DNA from: Octopus sinensis | Taxonomy: Eukaryota | DNA length: 64,000 nt | NCBI RefSeq assembly: GCF_006345805.1 | Contig: NC_043000.1 | Location: forward strand, 146,692,001-146,756,000 | Reading direction: 5' to 3' | In this document: in pieces, positions 1-15,054 of the stretch | How positions within the stretch are numbered: position 1 is the first letter of the stretch | How the letters are laid out: each line of letters starts with the position of its first letter | Program-made: the position numbers and the translations under genes | Notes under the pieces: model-generated | Database searches by the model: none | What the model was told of the DNA's origin: nothing | What the model saw: only the letters and a program-made list of their open reading frames with translations

Positions 1-130
1 CTCTCTCCACCATACAGACACACACACAAACACACACACACACAATCACACACACATCCTTCATTTCTCTTTCTCTCTCTCCACCATACAGACACACACA
101 CACACATACACACAATCACACACAGACAAT
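1..130. repeat. (CA)n/(CT)n compound microsatellite with a short direct duplication
   Basis: CTCTCTCCACCATACAGACACACACACA occurs at 1 and again at ~75. Confidence 0.8.
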
Positions 131-699
131 CGCAGACCAACGCACACGCTCATACATTCGTTTCACATATTCGTTCATTCTCGTTCACTTATTCCTCTTT
201 AAACCAATGTTCTTTCTCTCCATATCACTATTGCTCCATCACACCACATGCTTGGCCTGTCTTTCTTTACCATTTTACACTCTTCCGTACTTTATTAGTT
301 TTATCCTTCCATCAATGTATTTTCTCCCTGTTTCTCTTTTAATAAAAATTGTTATCGTTATTTTGTTTTCTAATCATCTTTTATTCTCTTCTTTTAGTTC
401 GGGAAGATATTTAGGAAGATTTTTAATGTTTTTACCCTCTCTTCTCAATGGCTTTATCACGCCATAACTCACACAGATCTTAACTGCACACACAAACAAT
501 GCGCATTTATACTTTCATTCCCATACATATATATGGGTGTCCATATCAAGATCGATAAGCATCTCTAAGTTCATTCACATACACAATCGCACCGAAGAGC
601 AAGTGTGTGCGCATGTTTCTGTGATGTGTGTACGTGAGTGTGCGCGTATGTGTGTGCACATGTACACACATACATAGTTATATAGATCACGTGCAGTTG

Positions 700-787
700 T
701 AAAGGAAGCACCCTAGCCAAGTTGCCGCGCAGTGGGTGTGAACCCAAAACCACATGAATGTGAAATATATTTCTTAACCAGCCATGT
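700..787 (-). mobile_element. SINE family A head fragment (degenerate)
   Basis: Reverse complement resembles the head of the full copy at 28824 (TGGCTG..GGTTAAG...CCCACTGCG.GGCA). Confidence 0.6.
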
Positions 788-906
788 TTGCACCTATACA
801 CATATACACAAATACACACACACACACACGCACACGCACACGGACATAGGTACACGTGTGTCTCTCTGTGTGTATATATATTTGTGTGCATATGTGTAGA
901 CGCAAA

Positions 907-995
907 TATGGCTGTGTGGTTAAGAAATGTACTCCAGTACCATTTAGTTTTGGATTTAGTTCCACTATGTAACACTTGGGGTACGGTGCTTCATG
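907..995 (+). mobile_element. SINE family A head fragment (degenerate)
   Basis: ATGGCTGTGTGGTTAAGAAAT...CCACT...CACTTGG matches the family A head. Confidence 0.6.
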
Positions 996-1039
996 TGCGG
1001 AAACACGTCCCCAATACAACTGTGTGTGCGTGCGTGTTT

Positions 1040-1305
<266 letters not shown>

Positions 1306-2004
1306 ATATGCATTTACACATACGCAGCAACGACTATTTCAGAATGTGCAACATGCATGCTGCCTTTTTTCTGCAACCTCTCTCTTCTCTCTATCTGTTT
1401 TACACACACATACACACACATATACATTAACACACACGCACGCACATATACACACACGTGCACACATACATACACACACACATATTCTTTCATTTCTACA
1501 GCTATCACGACTGCCGTCTCTTTTATATTTCTCCTAGAACATCACTGACTAACTTTAACAGCCTTTAAAAATGATATATATCTGTCCTAAACCTTTCGAT
1601 ATCGATATAAGCTTTCGTCTTTCCCTCTTCGCTTACTTTAACATTCTATCTTATATTTTCGCCAAACAGGAGCCTGCAATTCCCCAAATGGAAGACGGAA
1701 ACCGGTAAAACGACGCCAATCCTTCAGAAACAATTTGTTGCCAGATTCTTTGCAACTTTTATTGTTCATTTTATTGATATTTTCCTTATTTCATCTTTTA
1801 TTTTACAGTTCGTCCTGCAGAATTGTAAAACATTGTCCATTTGCAAATTACCATATGTGTATCTGCTTATGGCTGTATGTGTGTGTGTGTGTGTTTTTAC
1901 GCCTGTGTGCATTTCGGTAATGTGTGTATATGGGAGTGTGTATTTGTGTGTCCGTGTGTGTATCCGTGCGAGCGAATATGTGTGCGCATATGTGCACATG
2001 CACG

Positions 2005-2265
<261 letters not shown>

Positions 2266-5200
2266 AAGAGAAACAGAGAGAAAATGAGCGAGACATGCAC
2301 ATATCCATGCGTATATGTATGTATATATATTTATACATTCACATATTTACACGCATATATATATCTCAGTGTCTGTACGTGTGTGCGCGTGTGTGGGTGT
2401 ACGGTTCTACGAACATTGAGGGAACATAAGAGAGAAAACACATAAGAAGACAGATAGAACGAAAAATGGTGGATTAAGAGACCGTGAATTGTTGAAAGTA
2501 GTTATTTATTAGGTTACAGACTGGCGTTCCATGATATTCTTCACCCTGAAACCGTTAAAACTAACACAATTGGTACACCTTAAGTTGTTTTTTTTTCCCC
2601 ACTGCCATGTATAAAATGCTTTTAAGTATTTTTACTCACATCGGTTTGTGACTGAATAGCTTGTTATTCTTCACGTTCTTTTACAAAGTAGGTTTTAGCA
2701 CTGTTTTCATCTGAGACCTTCTAAACGACTGAATATCTTCTAACAGTATCATAAATTCAATCCATCCATTATCGTATGTTTTACACGAGAGTTAATGTAA
2801 TAGTAGACGTGCATAAACGGTGATTATCACACCGTGCCGGTGATGCAATATAGTTCTTCATTTCTATTTAAAAACGAGAGAATACAATTATTGTGCATGG
2901 TCACCATCATTCCTTTATCCAACAAAAACAAATCTCACAACCAACAATTTTGTTCCCCACTGTTTTATATGTTGTTTGCTTGATCGATTGCTTGAATGTC
3001 CATTCTGGTTTCTCACAAATGACGTAAAGCTGGTAAGTCCATATCTTTTTTTTAATTATTTTTTAAAAGATTATTAAGCAAGATATAATTTCTTTATATT
3101 TCTTCATCATTTTCAAAATATTCTCTTTTGGAAATCTAAATAAATTACATGGAAAACGAAATCCAATATAAATGCATAGTTGCATAGCAACCCAATTTCG
3201 TCCAGAGAATAGTAGCTCTAATTATGTTGTAAGATATATTCACATACTGTCTACACAGTCAGATAAGATTTTATTTTTGTGTTCATTCAATTTACGTTAA
3301 TGTTGTGTGAAATATTCCTTCTGATAATATCGCGGAAAAAGTAGGTAATGCCCGTGTACGGTGTCCCCTCAAATATTTTATAAAATTACTTCAGTATTGT
3401 TTTCTTGCATAGTTTTTCTATGTAAATAACAGTCCTAGAGAAGAAATATAAAATGACTACAAACAGCAGAAAACCTCTCTATTACAGAATCCATTAAGTG
3501 GGGTACAGGTTACCGGAACGAAGAAGCAGAGTGTTCTTCATTGATTTGATTGATATAACTTTCAGAAGTAGATTATGACTGTATTAATTGCTTTGGAATT
3601 GTTTCAAATAACGCCAAAATACTAAAATGTTTAAAACATTCATATTTTTCCAAGGTATTAATAATGTACCAGGCTAAGTATATCATGTCTAAATGTCATT
3701 GATGATTTTCTTGTTCGAATAAGAATTTACTTTTAGACAATGTTTAGTATTTCAGAGTTCCGAATAAAACTGGTATATATCGGCATACTGTACAAATTTT
3801 AAGTTATATATCGGTCGAGACCATAAATACCCCTACCCATGGCGCACCAACATAACTATCTTGATTATATCTCAACTCCAATTCATATTAATGGATACTT
3901 CCATTAGCCACACAGTTCTGAGAATTTATATTTGTAGATGCCAGCTGTAAAAAATATACTTTAAAACATATCTTTAAGTTTCGTACTGAGAAAGACAGTA
4001 TTCCTTGAAAAGTTACGATGTTACTCCCTCGTTGATGAAATACGAATACAGAATTGAAATTTATCCGATAGATTTCTCGTTCTCTGTGTTGGCTAAAACT
4101 CCATAGATATAATTCTTTATCACAATAAAATGTTGAAAAAATCAAAACACTGTTGATGTACCAGTAATATATTCATCCGATTTGGTGTGTCTATTTCGTC
4201 AGTTAAAGAGCCTATTCGCTCGCAAAGATTTAGCCCGTCTGATTCGTCCCTTACCGTCCAAAATGATATCGTATTTGGAAGGAAGGTATCTACATCTGTC
4301 CATTATACACAATGATGGCAGCAAATTATACACATGTATTCTGTAATGCAGCACAGCAGAGAACATTGTTATACTATTTCAACAGAATCTAGTATATTCG
4401 TGCCAAGTCACTATAACTATACGTTTTACAAAACCTATTCCAGCTTCTATCTGGCGTGTTGAAGTTAATTAACAATTAAATTTCATAAGTACGTTATCGC
4501 AGAGTTAAAGTGCACTAAATTTCTGGATATTTCATCAGAGTTTGAAGCTATTAAAATAGATAACAGCAAACAACGTTGGATAACAACAAATATACATATA
4601 CAACATATTAAATCAGAAACATTCGGAATGAGATCATTAGATAAATGACATTTATCAATTTCTATACAATAAAATTGTATGACTCATGAACTGTGCATTG
4701 AAGCTACTAATAGAAGATAAATACCTTCCATAAAATAGTCATAAAATATATATATAATTTCCAGAACAATAAATTAAATATACAATAGAAAACAGAAAAA
4801 GACATTGAAGTTATGATAAACGGATACATAAGAAAATAGGAGGTTTGTATCCAAATTCACTGAATTCAAAGTTTAGCATAATGCGCTAGAACTACCATGA
4901 AATTTTATCGGCTTTCCATTAACAACTGTTGAATTGATTTGGTTTGTGCCTCTGTTTCGAATCATTGTCCGAGAAATTTCAGTTTACTTATTGTTCTCTT
5001 ACCCCTGTTAAAAGGGACATAAAACAACAGAATTGTCAACGTCATTTTACCAAAGACACGTAGATACAAGACGTGGCCGTGTTTGAAAGTTAATACAGTA
5101 AGATCAGCTAATACTCTCAACACAACTGTAGATACGCATATCTGTGTATTGTCCACTTTTTGCTGACCTCAGAGGAGGCTGACGTCTATGATGCTATTTC

Positions 5201-8200
5201 AGTACTAGCTAGAAGGCTCTGCTGAACTATTAACTGAGACACTCACTAATGCATTTACTTTTTTTAAACAAGCAGGGGTGCCTAATCATAGTTATTTCAA
5301 ATATACAACTGTTCTCTTCGTCACGAAAGATAGATACATTATGTATGAAAGACTACCGGCATGGCACTCACATCTAATTCTTTCAGCTAATGATCCAGTC
5401 TAACATAAATTCCAATTTTTTATACCATTTTCTATCTCTGCTGCTAATGTATCTATTATGCATAAATACCAACGACTTTCTGTTGTATATTTATTTAAAT
5501 AAAATGGAGAAACCCGGGTATCAGAGGTTGTTGATATCTGCAGAATAGGTTTTGAAGCCTCATGAAAGGCACAAAAAGTGTGATAAGTAAAACGGAACTT
5601 ATGCTTGCTGTTTTCTTGCAAAGCACAAATTTTACTGTCATAGCTGCTAAAAATTAGCAGAGGAAGGTAAGAAATAGCACCCAATTATATTTTATATTAC
5701 ATTGTACTGCGCAACGTAAAGGAGGGTGGATATTTTGTTGACAGAAATTATGTTGGAAATCTTTGGAAAAATTGTTCGCTTTTTGGGTGGAATTAATCGG
5801 TTATCCTTTTCAAACATCATTTGACCTCTGGATGCATTTAACAGTGTCCGTTCCGTTAAAAAGCATTCGGATCAGGTCTCCTCCAAATGATAAATCTCTC
5901 CTTTCTCCACCCACTCTCACAAACTATGGAAATTGTCATAACTACCCTCCTCCCTCTTCCAACAAATCATAACGAAACGAAGGTAACATAACTTCATTAT
6001 GTAATCAGTTTATTAGATTTTTATAATAAATGAATTATGCTGTATATTAACTATTATAAGATATCTTGTAAATACGTTATGGTGTTATTATAGGTCAATA
6101 TTTCTTTCTATAACAACACAACTTAATTATCACTGAAATTACATCACTTAATAGAGCAATGGCAAGCACGATCGACTGATAATAAGATAATGTCATTTAC
6201 AATACCCATTTAGTAATCTTTACATTCTGAATTCACATTCTGCATTGAACGTATTTGTCATTCAGATTTCTAGTGACAATAAAATTAGTACCAACTCAGA
6301 ACTGACATATATTCAACTGATTCTAAATTGCTCCTTATGTGATATCATATAGCTTCCATGTTATAAACATTTACTATTCAAGTTAATTAGGAGCCTTCTA
6401 CGTTTGATATAGCAAACAAATTTTATTAACACATGTCCCTACCTTACGAGCTGAAATGATTGAGTAACTCATTTTTACAAAATATTCCAAAAGAGATCAT
6501 GACGGTGATAGTGTATATAACGTCTTCGATGAATAAAGATTTTTTTCACAATAATAAGCATGCCAACTTAACATGAACAAGCCATATACGATGGAAGTAT
6601 TCTAGAAGCACTACTCTCCACCGACACAGATACTTCAAAAGGTAAAGTGAATAGAACAATATATATATAAACGGCAAACACAGCATCTAAAGCAGATATA
6701 AACGAACGTCAAATCATGTCAAAACAAAGCAAAGAAAGTCCAAACAGCCCTCATTCCCTCCTGTTACGCATTTATAGTCTTGTTAATATAAACTCACGCA
6801 TAAGATAAGCAGAAGAAACAACTAAAAGAAAGTATATGTATCACGTAAAGACAAGCCACTAAAACTAAACATATTAAGTGATAACACTAACAGAATAGAA
6901 ACACTATAACATCACAAGTAAACTTTCTTTACATCTTAAGCGACTCGCCAGCACACGATTATTTCCATCAAGCTAGCTACAACTCCATACCAGTTTCTAC
7001 TCTACACTCTACCACAACTATAATACAAGTGCACCATCAACTTCCATCCAGCATCTTATCAATCATTCATTTTACCTTATCAAAGAAGACAATACCAACA
7101 TGTTTACTAACTATAAAAATAATGAACTACTTCCACCAAGAGACAGAATTAAGGTTCGCATAACTCAACAACACCTCGATCATAACCATACTTAAGTGGT
7201 GTACTACATATATTTAATTTAAAAAATAATAGTAAAGCGTCGAGAGTTTTAAAAAATCTTATTTAAAAAGGAAACAAAAACTGCACCACACTTATTTTAT
7301 TGTATTATCCAACCTGATAAAGGTTGGAGATAACTACAAAACCGTGGCCCCAATATTAAACTACGCACAAAACAAATATATCTCTTGATAAAAAGGCAAA
7401 AATTAAAGTACAATGAATGTAAAGAACAAACTTTGTAAATGGAAATTGGTATCCAGTATAAATCATGAAAACAGTAAAACTCTAAACAAAATAATTAATA
7501 GAATCAGCATCTCAGACAATGGACATACCACATCATACTAACAACTGGAGAGTATATACCCACACACCAACGGTAACTATTCACCCAGATCAAACATTTT
7601 CTGAACATAAGCCCTGCAGAATTCTCACAAAAGAAAACAGTAATGCAAAATCGCCCCAGGCCTTCACTTCTAATTCAGGGCCAATTTGATACTACACAAC
7701 AACAATAACATCACTTAGTAATGTATGCCTAATATGATACGTTTATTATTTTCAAATGATGAATTGTAATTGTAACCTGGGAAACAAAGACGGCTTTGTG
7801 GTAATAGTATAATGGCTATAAAATGAATTCAAATCAGATAAAGCCAAAATATAAATGGAAAAAGCAGAGAAACGTTATTCAGTGTGCACAAAAAGCTCAG
7901 AATACATTAGAAATGAAACATACAATGTATATACTACATAACAACCATTAACAAATTTAATTCATGTCATGGTAAATTAATCATACTAAAACTCAATACA
8001 AATGGTCATAGCAATATATTAAAATAAATGGAAAACGCCGACATCAATTGCTTACATTGTTGTCTTACTTAAAACTGAAACTGTGGCTACGACCCAGCAT
8101 CTTTAATAACAAATATAACTACAAGGAAATTTCTTTTCTGAAACAGCAAAAAACAGTAGAAGAAAACCACCAAAATTTAACTAAGACTATCTACATATTT

Positions 8201-9156
8201 GCAAAACCAACTAAAAATAAATAATAATTATAAGATATAAAATAACTGCCTGTAAATGTTTGCCGGTTCCCATATATTATGGCCTAAAGTATTTCTCAAC
8301 TAAGCAGAAAAACCAAACTGCCAGGTACTTGTAATAGTAGAGTGTGACAAGAAACACCATTTGCAATACTTATATCTAGAAACTAGAATTACAAACTAAC
8401 ACTGCAAGATTCTGTCAGGTGTTACAAATTTGATATTAGAAGTGCGTAAGAATACTAGATTGCAAGATGACTTGTGCATGTGAATGTGTGTGAATGTTAG
8501 TGTGTGTGTGTGTACAAATGAATGTGCATCTATAAATATATGATTTTATGTTTGTTTCTATATATCTTAGATTTACTTTTCATGGTGTAGATAGAGGCAT
8601 GTACATATGAAAATTCGGTTAGATCCGAAGCGTGCATAAATGAATTTGTAGAACCAACATGATTATTGAATTTATTCTTTACTCAGAACCAGATACGATT
8701 AAAACTTTTGACTATTCATTCTATTCTGTTCGTTGTCCTAAAGTCATATTTAGAAAACTTGGCATGAAATCATTGTTTCCTTCTTTCTGGATAAAGGAAA
8801 TATTCCAATGGGGACAGAATTCAGTAGCTGTGCCAAAGATCTCTCAAAAGATGAGCGATGGAAATGAAGAATTTATAAAACTAAGTAAAATAAAATTATT
8901 CTTTTCCCTAATAATAATAAAAAATTATTCATAGCCAACTTTCTGAGAATACTTGAGGTATGTGTTGCCAAGTAAATGTTTTAAAGATATGCACTCAACA
9001 TTAGTTTAGTGACCATAATTTCGAAGTGATGTTGCATTCATAATAAGTATATAATGGCCGTTGTTTAACGATGTAATCGGACAATTTCTTCACACCATAT
9101 CTCATGCCTTTCGACTATAATAAAAAAGATTATCATTACCATTACTATTATTATTG

Positions 9157-9645
9157 AGTGAGAGAGTAGTGCATGCCATCAAATTTACACTGGGGCAAAA
9201 TACACGAAGCCCAGTATACGCATCGTGGCTACCCTTCTCATAAGGGTACACCAGGCACATGCATCACAACCATATGTGTGCGACATGGTGATCCCATATC
9301 AAGATAAACAGCGCATGATCTTACAGGTGGGACCCAGTTAGTATTTTGTTCTGGTCGAGTAGCCCATCCCACTCAAAAGGGCCCTGAATAAAGGTTGTTT
9401 AAGGATGTTGAATGAAACACCCATGTTTCCACAGGTGAATTATCCAAATCTCAAAGAATCCCTCCCAACACATGGTTAGGATGCTCCCCGTTAGACACCA
9501 GGGCACATGCTCAGCAGTTTAAGGTCAAACAACTGACAAGTAAACCTGTGGTATTAAGCAGAATACTTGCTGTAGCCCATCTTTTATACCAAGACAAAAC
9601 AATGTACAAGATAACACTTCCAATCAGTTAAGATCAGAAGCCTGC
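9157..9645 (-). mobile_element. Non-coding interspersed repeat with (AAT)n tail; family not assigned
   Basis: GC-richer block ending in (AAT)n-like repeats on the minus strand; recalled as a common octopus repeat, not verified. Confidence 0.45.
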
Positions 9646-9656
9646 ATCAGGCCATA

Positions 9657-9742
9657 TATTATTATTATTATTATATTATTATTATTATTATTATTATATT
9701 ATTATTATTATTATTATTATATTATTATTATTATTATTATTA

Positions 9743-9809
<67 letters not shown>

Positions 9810-9905
9810 ATTATTATTATTATTAATTATTATTATTATTATCATCATTATTACTATTATTATCATTATTATGATTATTATTATTATTATTATTATTATA
9901 ATTAT
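9657..9905. repeat. (ATT)n microsatellite, probably the expanded 3' tail of the R4/Dong-like element at 10215
   Basis: Direct reading; lies 3' of the minus-strand element, with a SINE in between. Confidence 0.85.
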
Positions 9906-9907
9906 TT

Positions 9908-10203
9908 GAGGGTGCACGTCAAATTGTTAGGGCGTTGCACTCACAACCACAAGATCGTGGTTTCAATTCCTAGACCGGGTGGTGCTTTTTGTTCTTGAGC
10001 AAGGTGATTCATCTCACGTTGCTCTGCGATCACTTCGACACCTGACAAATGATACACCGTGCACCTGCTCGGACAATGTTGATTTGATGGAATGTGTGAG
10101 CTAATATACAGCACGTACATTTGATCATTATAAACAGATTATTTGTGTAAGTCGTTCCACACAAAGCTGAACTCTCGTACATCGTCTTCGACGGGAGAGT
10201 CTA
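9908..10203 (+). mobile_element. tRNA-derived SINE (family D)
   Basis: tRNA-like head with B-box-like GGTTTCAATTCC, followed by TGTTCTTGAGCAAG core-like motif; ~300 bp. Confidence 0.65.
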
Positions 10204-10214
10204 TCATCATTAAT

Positions 10215-13200
10215 ACTATGCGTTTCTTACTAGTTTTGTTGTTCCTTGAGTTATCAACCTCATGTCTCAGCTCCTTCCTGTAGCTTCAAGAGGCAACACT
10301 TACTTCCACACAAATGCAGTTCCCAGTATTACCATCAATAATGCAGTTCTAGTGGTGTTTGCTAGACCTTCTCAAACCAGCTTTTTATTTCTATTGAGAT
10401 TATTCTCAGTGTATTGAGCATGATGAATAGTATACTCCCACACGAGGCTCTGTGGTATGAATATGCTCCACTTCAAATGCCACTTTCCTGATACATAACG
10501 ACTTCCCCATTCTCTGTTTTCACAATGTTCTTAACTGCAGACACCACTGTTTCAGTGAAGATCCATGCTCCGGTCTCTTTCTTTAGGAGAGTGATATCTG
10601 GTCGATTATGTTGCAGCTTTTTACCCCTGTACACTGTCATATCTCAACATAATTTCTCTGCGACACAAAAGGTTTGATTTTCGAGCTAATTGTCACCACA
10701 CACCTTGTACCTCTCCCAATTTACCTGCACTGCGACTGTGCCATGGCGTTTTCTGTTCTCCTCGGTTTTCTTTAAACATACACTAATTACATCTGGTTAT
10801 TTCCAATAAGTTTCCGAACAATCTCTACGGAAGCGTTTTTGTTGTCTTATCAATGCTGTGTTAGATTGCACAGTTATTCTTGGACAAAAAGAATAACGTC
10901 TTTTGTCTCCTTTAAAAATCTATCAACCATTCCTATGTTTATTCATCAGCTACATCTGATACTATTTGGATAAATTCTGAGTAGCACATTATCTTTGCAG
11001 ATGTTACCTTTTCGTCATAAGTCCACATTTTGTACTCCTGGAAGTTCTCTTTCTCTTAATTCGACATGCAACGTCCATTCACCGCTCGCTTTCGCTAAGA
11101 TTGGCACGCAGTGATTTGAAGTGTTTTCTTACACTCTACTATTTCAATGAATCCGTTCTACCCGACCTTCCTAAGTAGATAAAGCCTTGCTACATTAATT
11201 CTCATATGAAGGCACCCGAGCACGACACTTGTTTTCTAGTTCTGTCCATCTTACCAATTCTTATTTTTCTTCATTTCACAACTTCTACACTGTAGCAAAC
11301 CATGCCTATGTTTCTGGTCACATTGCCACCATTCCGCTTGGATCTATAATAGCTTCTTCACTCTTCTCATCTACGCTGATATGATCTTGCTCTTCATCTT
11401 GTTGTTTATTGTCTGATCTAACTGAAATATACGAATGTACTTCTATGCTTCTCTGTCTAATCGTCTAAAGTAATTGTCGTCCGGACGCTCTACCCCATCA
11501 ACTCTCATATCTAGGACAGTACACTTACCTAAACCAAACGACATCCGGATGTTCTGTAAGAAAATTCGTATGGCTTCGCCTGAACACGTGTGTAAAGCTT
11601 ATCTCTGCTGGCCCAGTAAAGCTCAAGACCTTCCGCGAACAATATGCGTGTAATTATTTCATGTTCTGCAGTCTGTAACCAACCCTCATCTTCTTCAAAA
11701 CTAGTGCTGGTGGTAACATGATAACAACAAAAAACGCAAAGGGTGGCACTGAAAGTCCTTGAAATATTCCTGTTCACCTGTCCAAGATCACTCTTCTTGT
11801 TGCCAAAACTGTCTTTCAGTTCATCATAGTGTTGCTAGCAAAAGATATCATATTAGATGCTCCAACCATCTCCAAGCATTTCAGAATAACCGAATGAGGC
11901 ACCATGCCATGTGCCTTTCTGTAATCAATCCGAGCCATTGACAAGTTCTTTAGAATTGCATTATCTACAAGTAATGCAATTCCTTTTGATGTCTTTCTGA
12001 GGTATTTATGTTCATCAGCTTGCAGTCGATTTCTTACAAGTGTTCATACAGATTTTTACACACTATTCCAGAAAGGAAGTTTCAACATATTGGGTAAGTA
12101 TGCAATCGGGCCGTAGTTACAAGACTCAGTTCCCCCAAGTGGATCTTTCAAGAGAGCATTGTTCCCCCTCTAACCATCCACCATGGTAAAAGTTCTTGTT
12201 ACGCAGTCATGCAGGAACTCCTGCAGTTTAGGAGGGAAATTAAGGAATCTTATGAATCTAAATTTCCCGAAGGACCGGCTACTTTTCAAATGGGCATTTT
12301 ACTGACTCCAGTTCATATATCACCTAATGTGATGGTAATATCCACATGCGCCTCCGTGTCACAATATTCATGTCTCAATTTTTCAAGTCAAGTTCCTTCT
12401 CATTGTATTTGATTTTCTCTAACCAGATCTTGCTCCAAAAAGGGCGTTGCTTCTGTGGGGTCAGGCGACTCTCTCCCTCCTTCTAGAGTTCCATAGAATA
12501 TTTTCTGGTTTGTTCTAAACAGTTGGCATTATTTGAACTCTAGGCACATTTCTTTGTATCTCTTGCTCATAATTACACATGCTTTGCTCTTTTGTTGTAG
12601 CATATGTGAGATATACAAAGTTCAATTAATCTCCATGTAGTATTTCCTATTCACACGATTCTGCAGCTTTTATCTGTCACACAATTCTTCGTTTTACCGT
12701 CTCGATCTTATTCAAATCATTTATCCATGTATCGATGTTTTGATTTTCCAGAAAGGCTCTTCACTTCCATTTTTTTTCTTTTTCTTCAAAATACCCCCTT
12801 TTTCTCCAAGGTGACATATGCAGTGATATACATTCAAGAATTCAACTTTCAGATGTCTCTAGTTTGAATTCTAAGAACTACTTCGTTCACGTTCCCAACT
12901 TCTGATCTCAGCGCTGCTCTATCGCATGACTTCAATTATAAGAACCCCTTCTTGTATTTAAGTCGTATCACTTCTAGCATTCTATTACGGGGAGCAACTA
13001 GCTCTTATTATATATTTTCCTGTGGTTCTTCAGCTAAATGTGCGCTGTGGTTCTCTACTGTTGATACAAGTCTTCATTCCATATCGAAGCCCTGTTGATT
13101 CTCTCGTACAATTCGTGTTTCGTATGTAACTTCTGCTCCCTGCAAAAGTTACCTACGATTATCCTGTAATCTTATCTTGTTTTATCTTTTTTAACAGCTC

Positions 13201-13400
13201 CGCTTTGTTAATTTGTGTCATCCTTTTTTCACTCACATCCTTCAGATCGCCTTGGTGGGAACGTTCTCTCTAGAGATCCAATCATCACATTTATATTTTG
13301 AGCAAACTAATGACAGTGTCAATTTTTATCAATGGTAACATTACGACTGGGGCTGCATAGCTGTTCCACACATCTGCCGGACACAACACCATCCCGAAAA
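10215..13400 (-). mobile_element. Decayed R4/Dong-like non-LTR retrotransposon (RT plus restriction-like endonuclease)
   Basis: Minus-strand fragments: NYGPIAYLP, LSMARIDYRKAHGMVPH, NIRMSFGLGKCTVL (RT); KKLQHNRPDITLL (RLE); C-terminal ILGTAFVW. Many stops and frameshifts. May extend to ~14030. Confidence 0.85.
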
Positions 13401-14044
13401 GTACCAGTTCCATTGTCATTAGGTTTAGATATAAATCTTGAAACTTTTCTCATAAATGGAGCGGGAAGTGGGTAACCTTTCAACTAGCCAGTAGTATTTT
13501 CTTTGTTTCGTTTCGTGTAACAATCACTTAACGGGCGCTGGTATTTTTTCAAGAAGGAAGAGATTAGGTCAAGGAAATAAGATAATTACTAATTAGGTTT
13601 GCAATCGGTTACTGCTAGGTTCTTTCGTTGAAAAATTGTTTCTGTTAAGAACGTCCGGTACCTAATTCTAACGACCAGAGGCCAACATTTTACTTTGATT
13701 CTCAACCAAAACTAACGATATGTATATTTTTATTTTCTGTCTTAAGCTAAGATGCCCCTTGCTATCTCACAAGAGCTCTTCTTTTTCTTTACCACCTCTT
13801 CAGTGTCATCGGATGAAATTATTACATCAAGAAGATCCTTTTGCATTTGTTTGTTTTCGTTTTTTTGTTTTTCTTTAGTTGTTGTTTATTTCGGGTGGTG
13901 CTTCCCTGACAAGGTTGCACTCCACATTTTTCTTAAGACATTCTTTCTGATTTCTGGTTTCTATAGTAATTTCTATGGCCTTCATAGAAATGGCTGTTAT
14001 TCTTATTTCTATTGCATTATTGCTACTGATTACTTATGTTCTTG

Positions 14045-14305
14045 ATGTTGTTGTTCTTCTTCTTCTTCTCCTTCTTCTTCTTCTTCGTCTTCTTCTTCTT
14101 CTTCATCTACTACTACTACTACTACTACTACTACGACTACTGCTTCTTTTTGTTCTTCTGCTTCTGCTTCTTCGTTTTCTTCTTTTTGTTCTTCGTCTTC
14201 TTCTTTTTCTTCTTTTTCTTCTTCTTCTTCGTCGTCTACTTCGTCTTCTTCTTCTTCGTCTTCTTCTTCTTCTTCGCCTTCTCCTTCTTCTTCTTCCTCT
14301 TCTTA

Positions 14306-14357
<52 letters not shown>

Positions 14358-14376
14358 CATCATCATCATCATCATC

Positions 14377-14410
<34 letters not shown>

Positions 14411-14432
14411 TATTATTATTATTATTATTATT
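14045..14432. repeat. Compound trinucleotide microsatellite (TTC/CTA/TTC/ATT/CAT)
   Basis: Direct reading. Confidence 0.95.
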
Positions 14433-15054
14433 TTTGCAATAAGTGTAAGTTAATTTTTTTTACTGTCTATCTCTTTCCTTTCGTTGATATTGTAAAAAAC
14501 AGGCGGTTTTGTTGCGGGTAATGCCTGGTCTTCATATTTATGTCATTGCTGTGAAGTGAAAGCTTTTAAATGTTTATTACTTCCAGGTTGAGAGCGCGCA
14601 ATTGTTAATCTTATACAGCCTAAAAGTTGCCATTCCAAGTCTTATGCCAACGCATACACTGGAATGCTCTTATTCTTTTCCGATGTTATCAGTACCGGAA
14701 CAATATACTGTACTTGTTTTTGGTTTATCGTTTCCTTTTCGTAAGTTATTACATCCCTGAATTGATATTTATGATATTGCTATATTCTCAATGCAATTCT
14801 GAAACTTACACACAACCCACCAAGAATTGTTCAGCAGAGATGTAACAGTAGCATTAAGAAAAAAATATCAAGACAATAACTTGTGATAGGCTGAAAGGAT
14901 TTCTGTGTAATACAGTGAACATCCCAAAACAAACCGCTGACGCAGTAGTAGTAGTTAGAGGAGTGACAGAATCTACACCAACATTCTCCAGAAAGTAATC
15001 ACAAAACTCACAAAAAGATATCAAAAGAAAGTTTGATTCCAAATTTTAGAAAAA

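Noticed and set aside
3485-3540. ESIKWGTGYRNEEAEC, resembling the WG...E motif of YqaJ/lambda-type exonucleases
   Set aside because: About 20 codons between stops, with no other family motif nearby
4170-4290. LVCLFRQ...LIRPLPSKMISYL, SOCS-box-like
   Set aside because: Loose pattern, no start codon or splice context; kept only as part of the 3300-8460 finding
6490-6530. DHDGD, resembling the DxDGD active site of two-barrel RNA polymerases/RdRPs
   Set aside because: Five-residue match flanked by stops; expected by chance
8659-8934. 91-aa ORF MIIEFILYSEPD...
   Set aside because: No recognisable domain; length compatible with chance
13975-14521. Poly-L/I/F/R ORFs (also at 21221, 58490-58982 and 59955-60372)
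   Set aside because: Trinucleotide microsatellite artefacts
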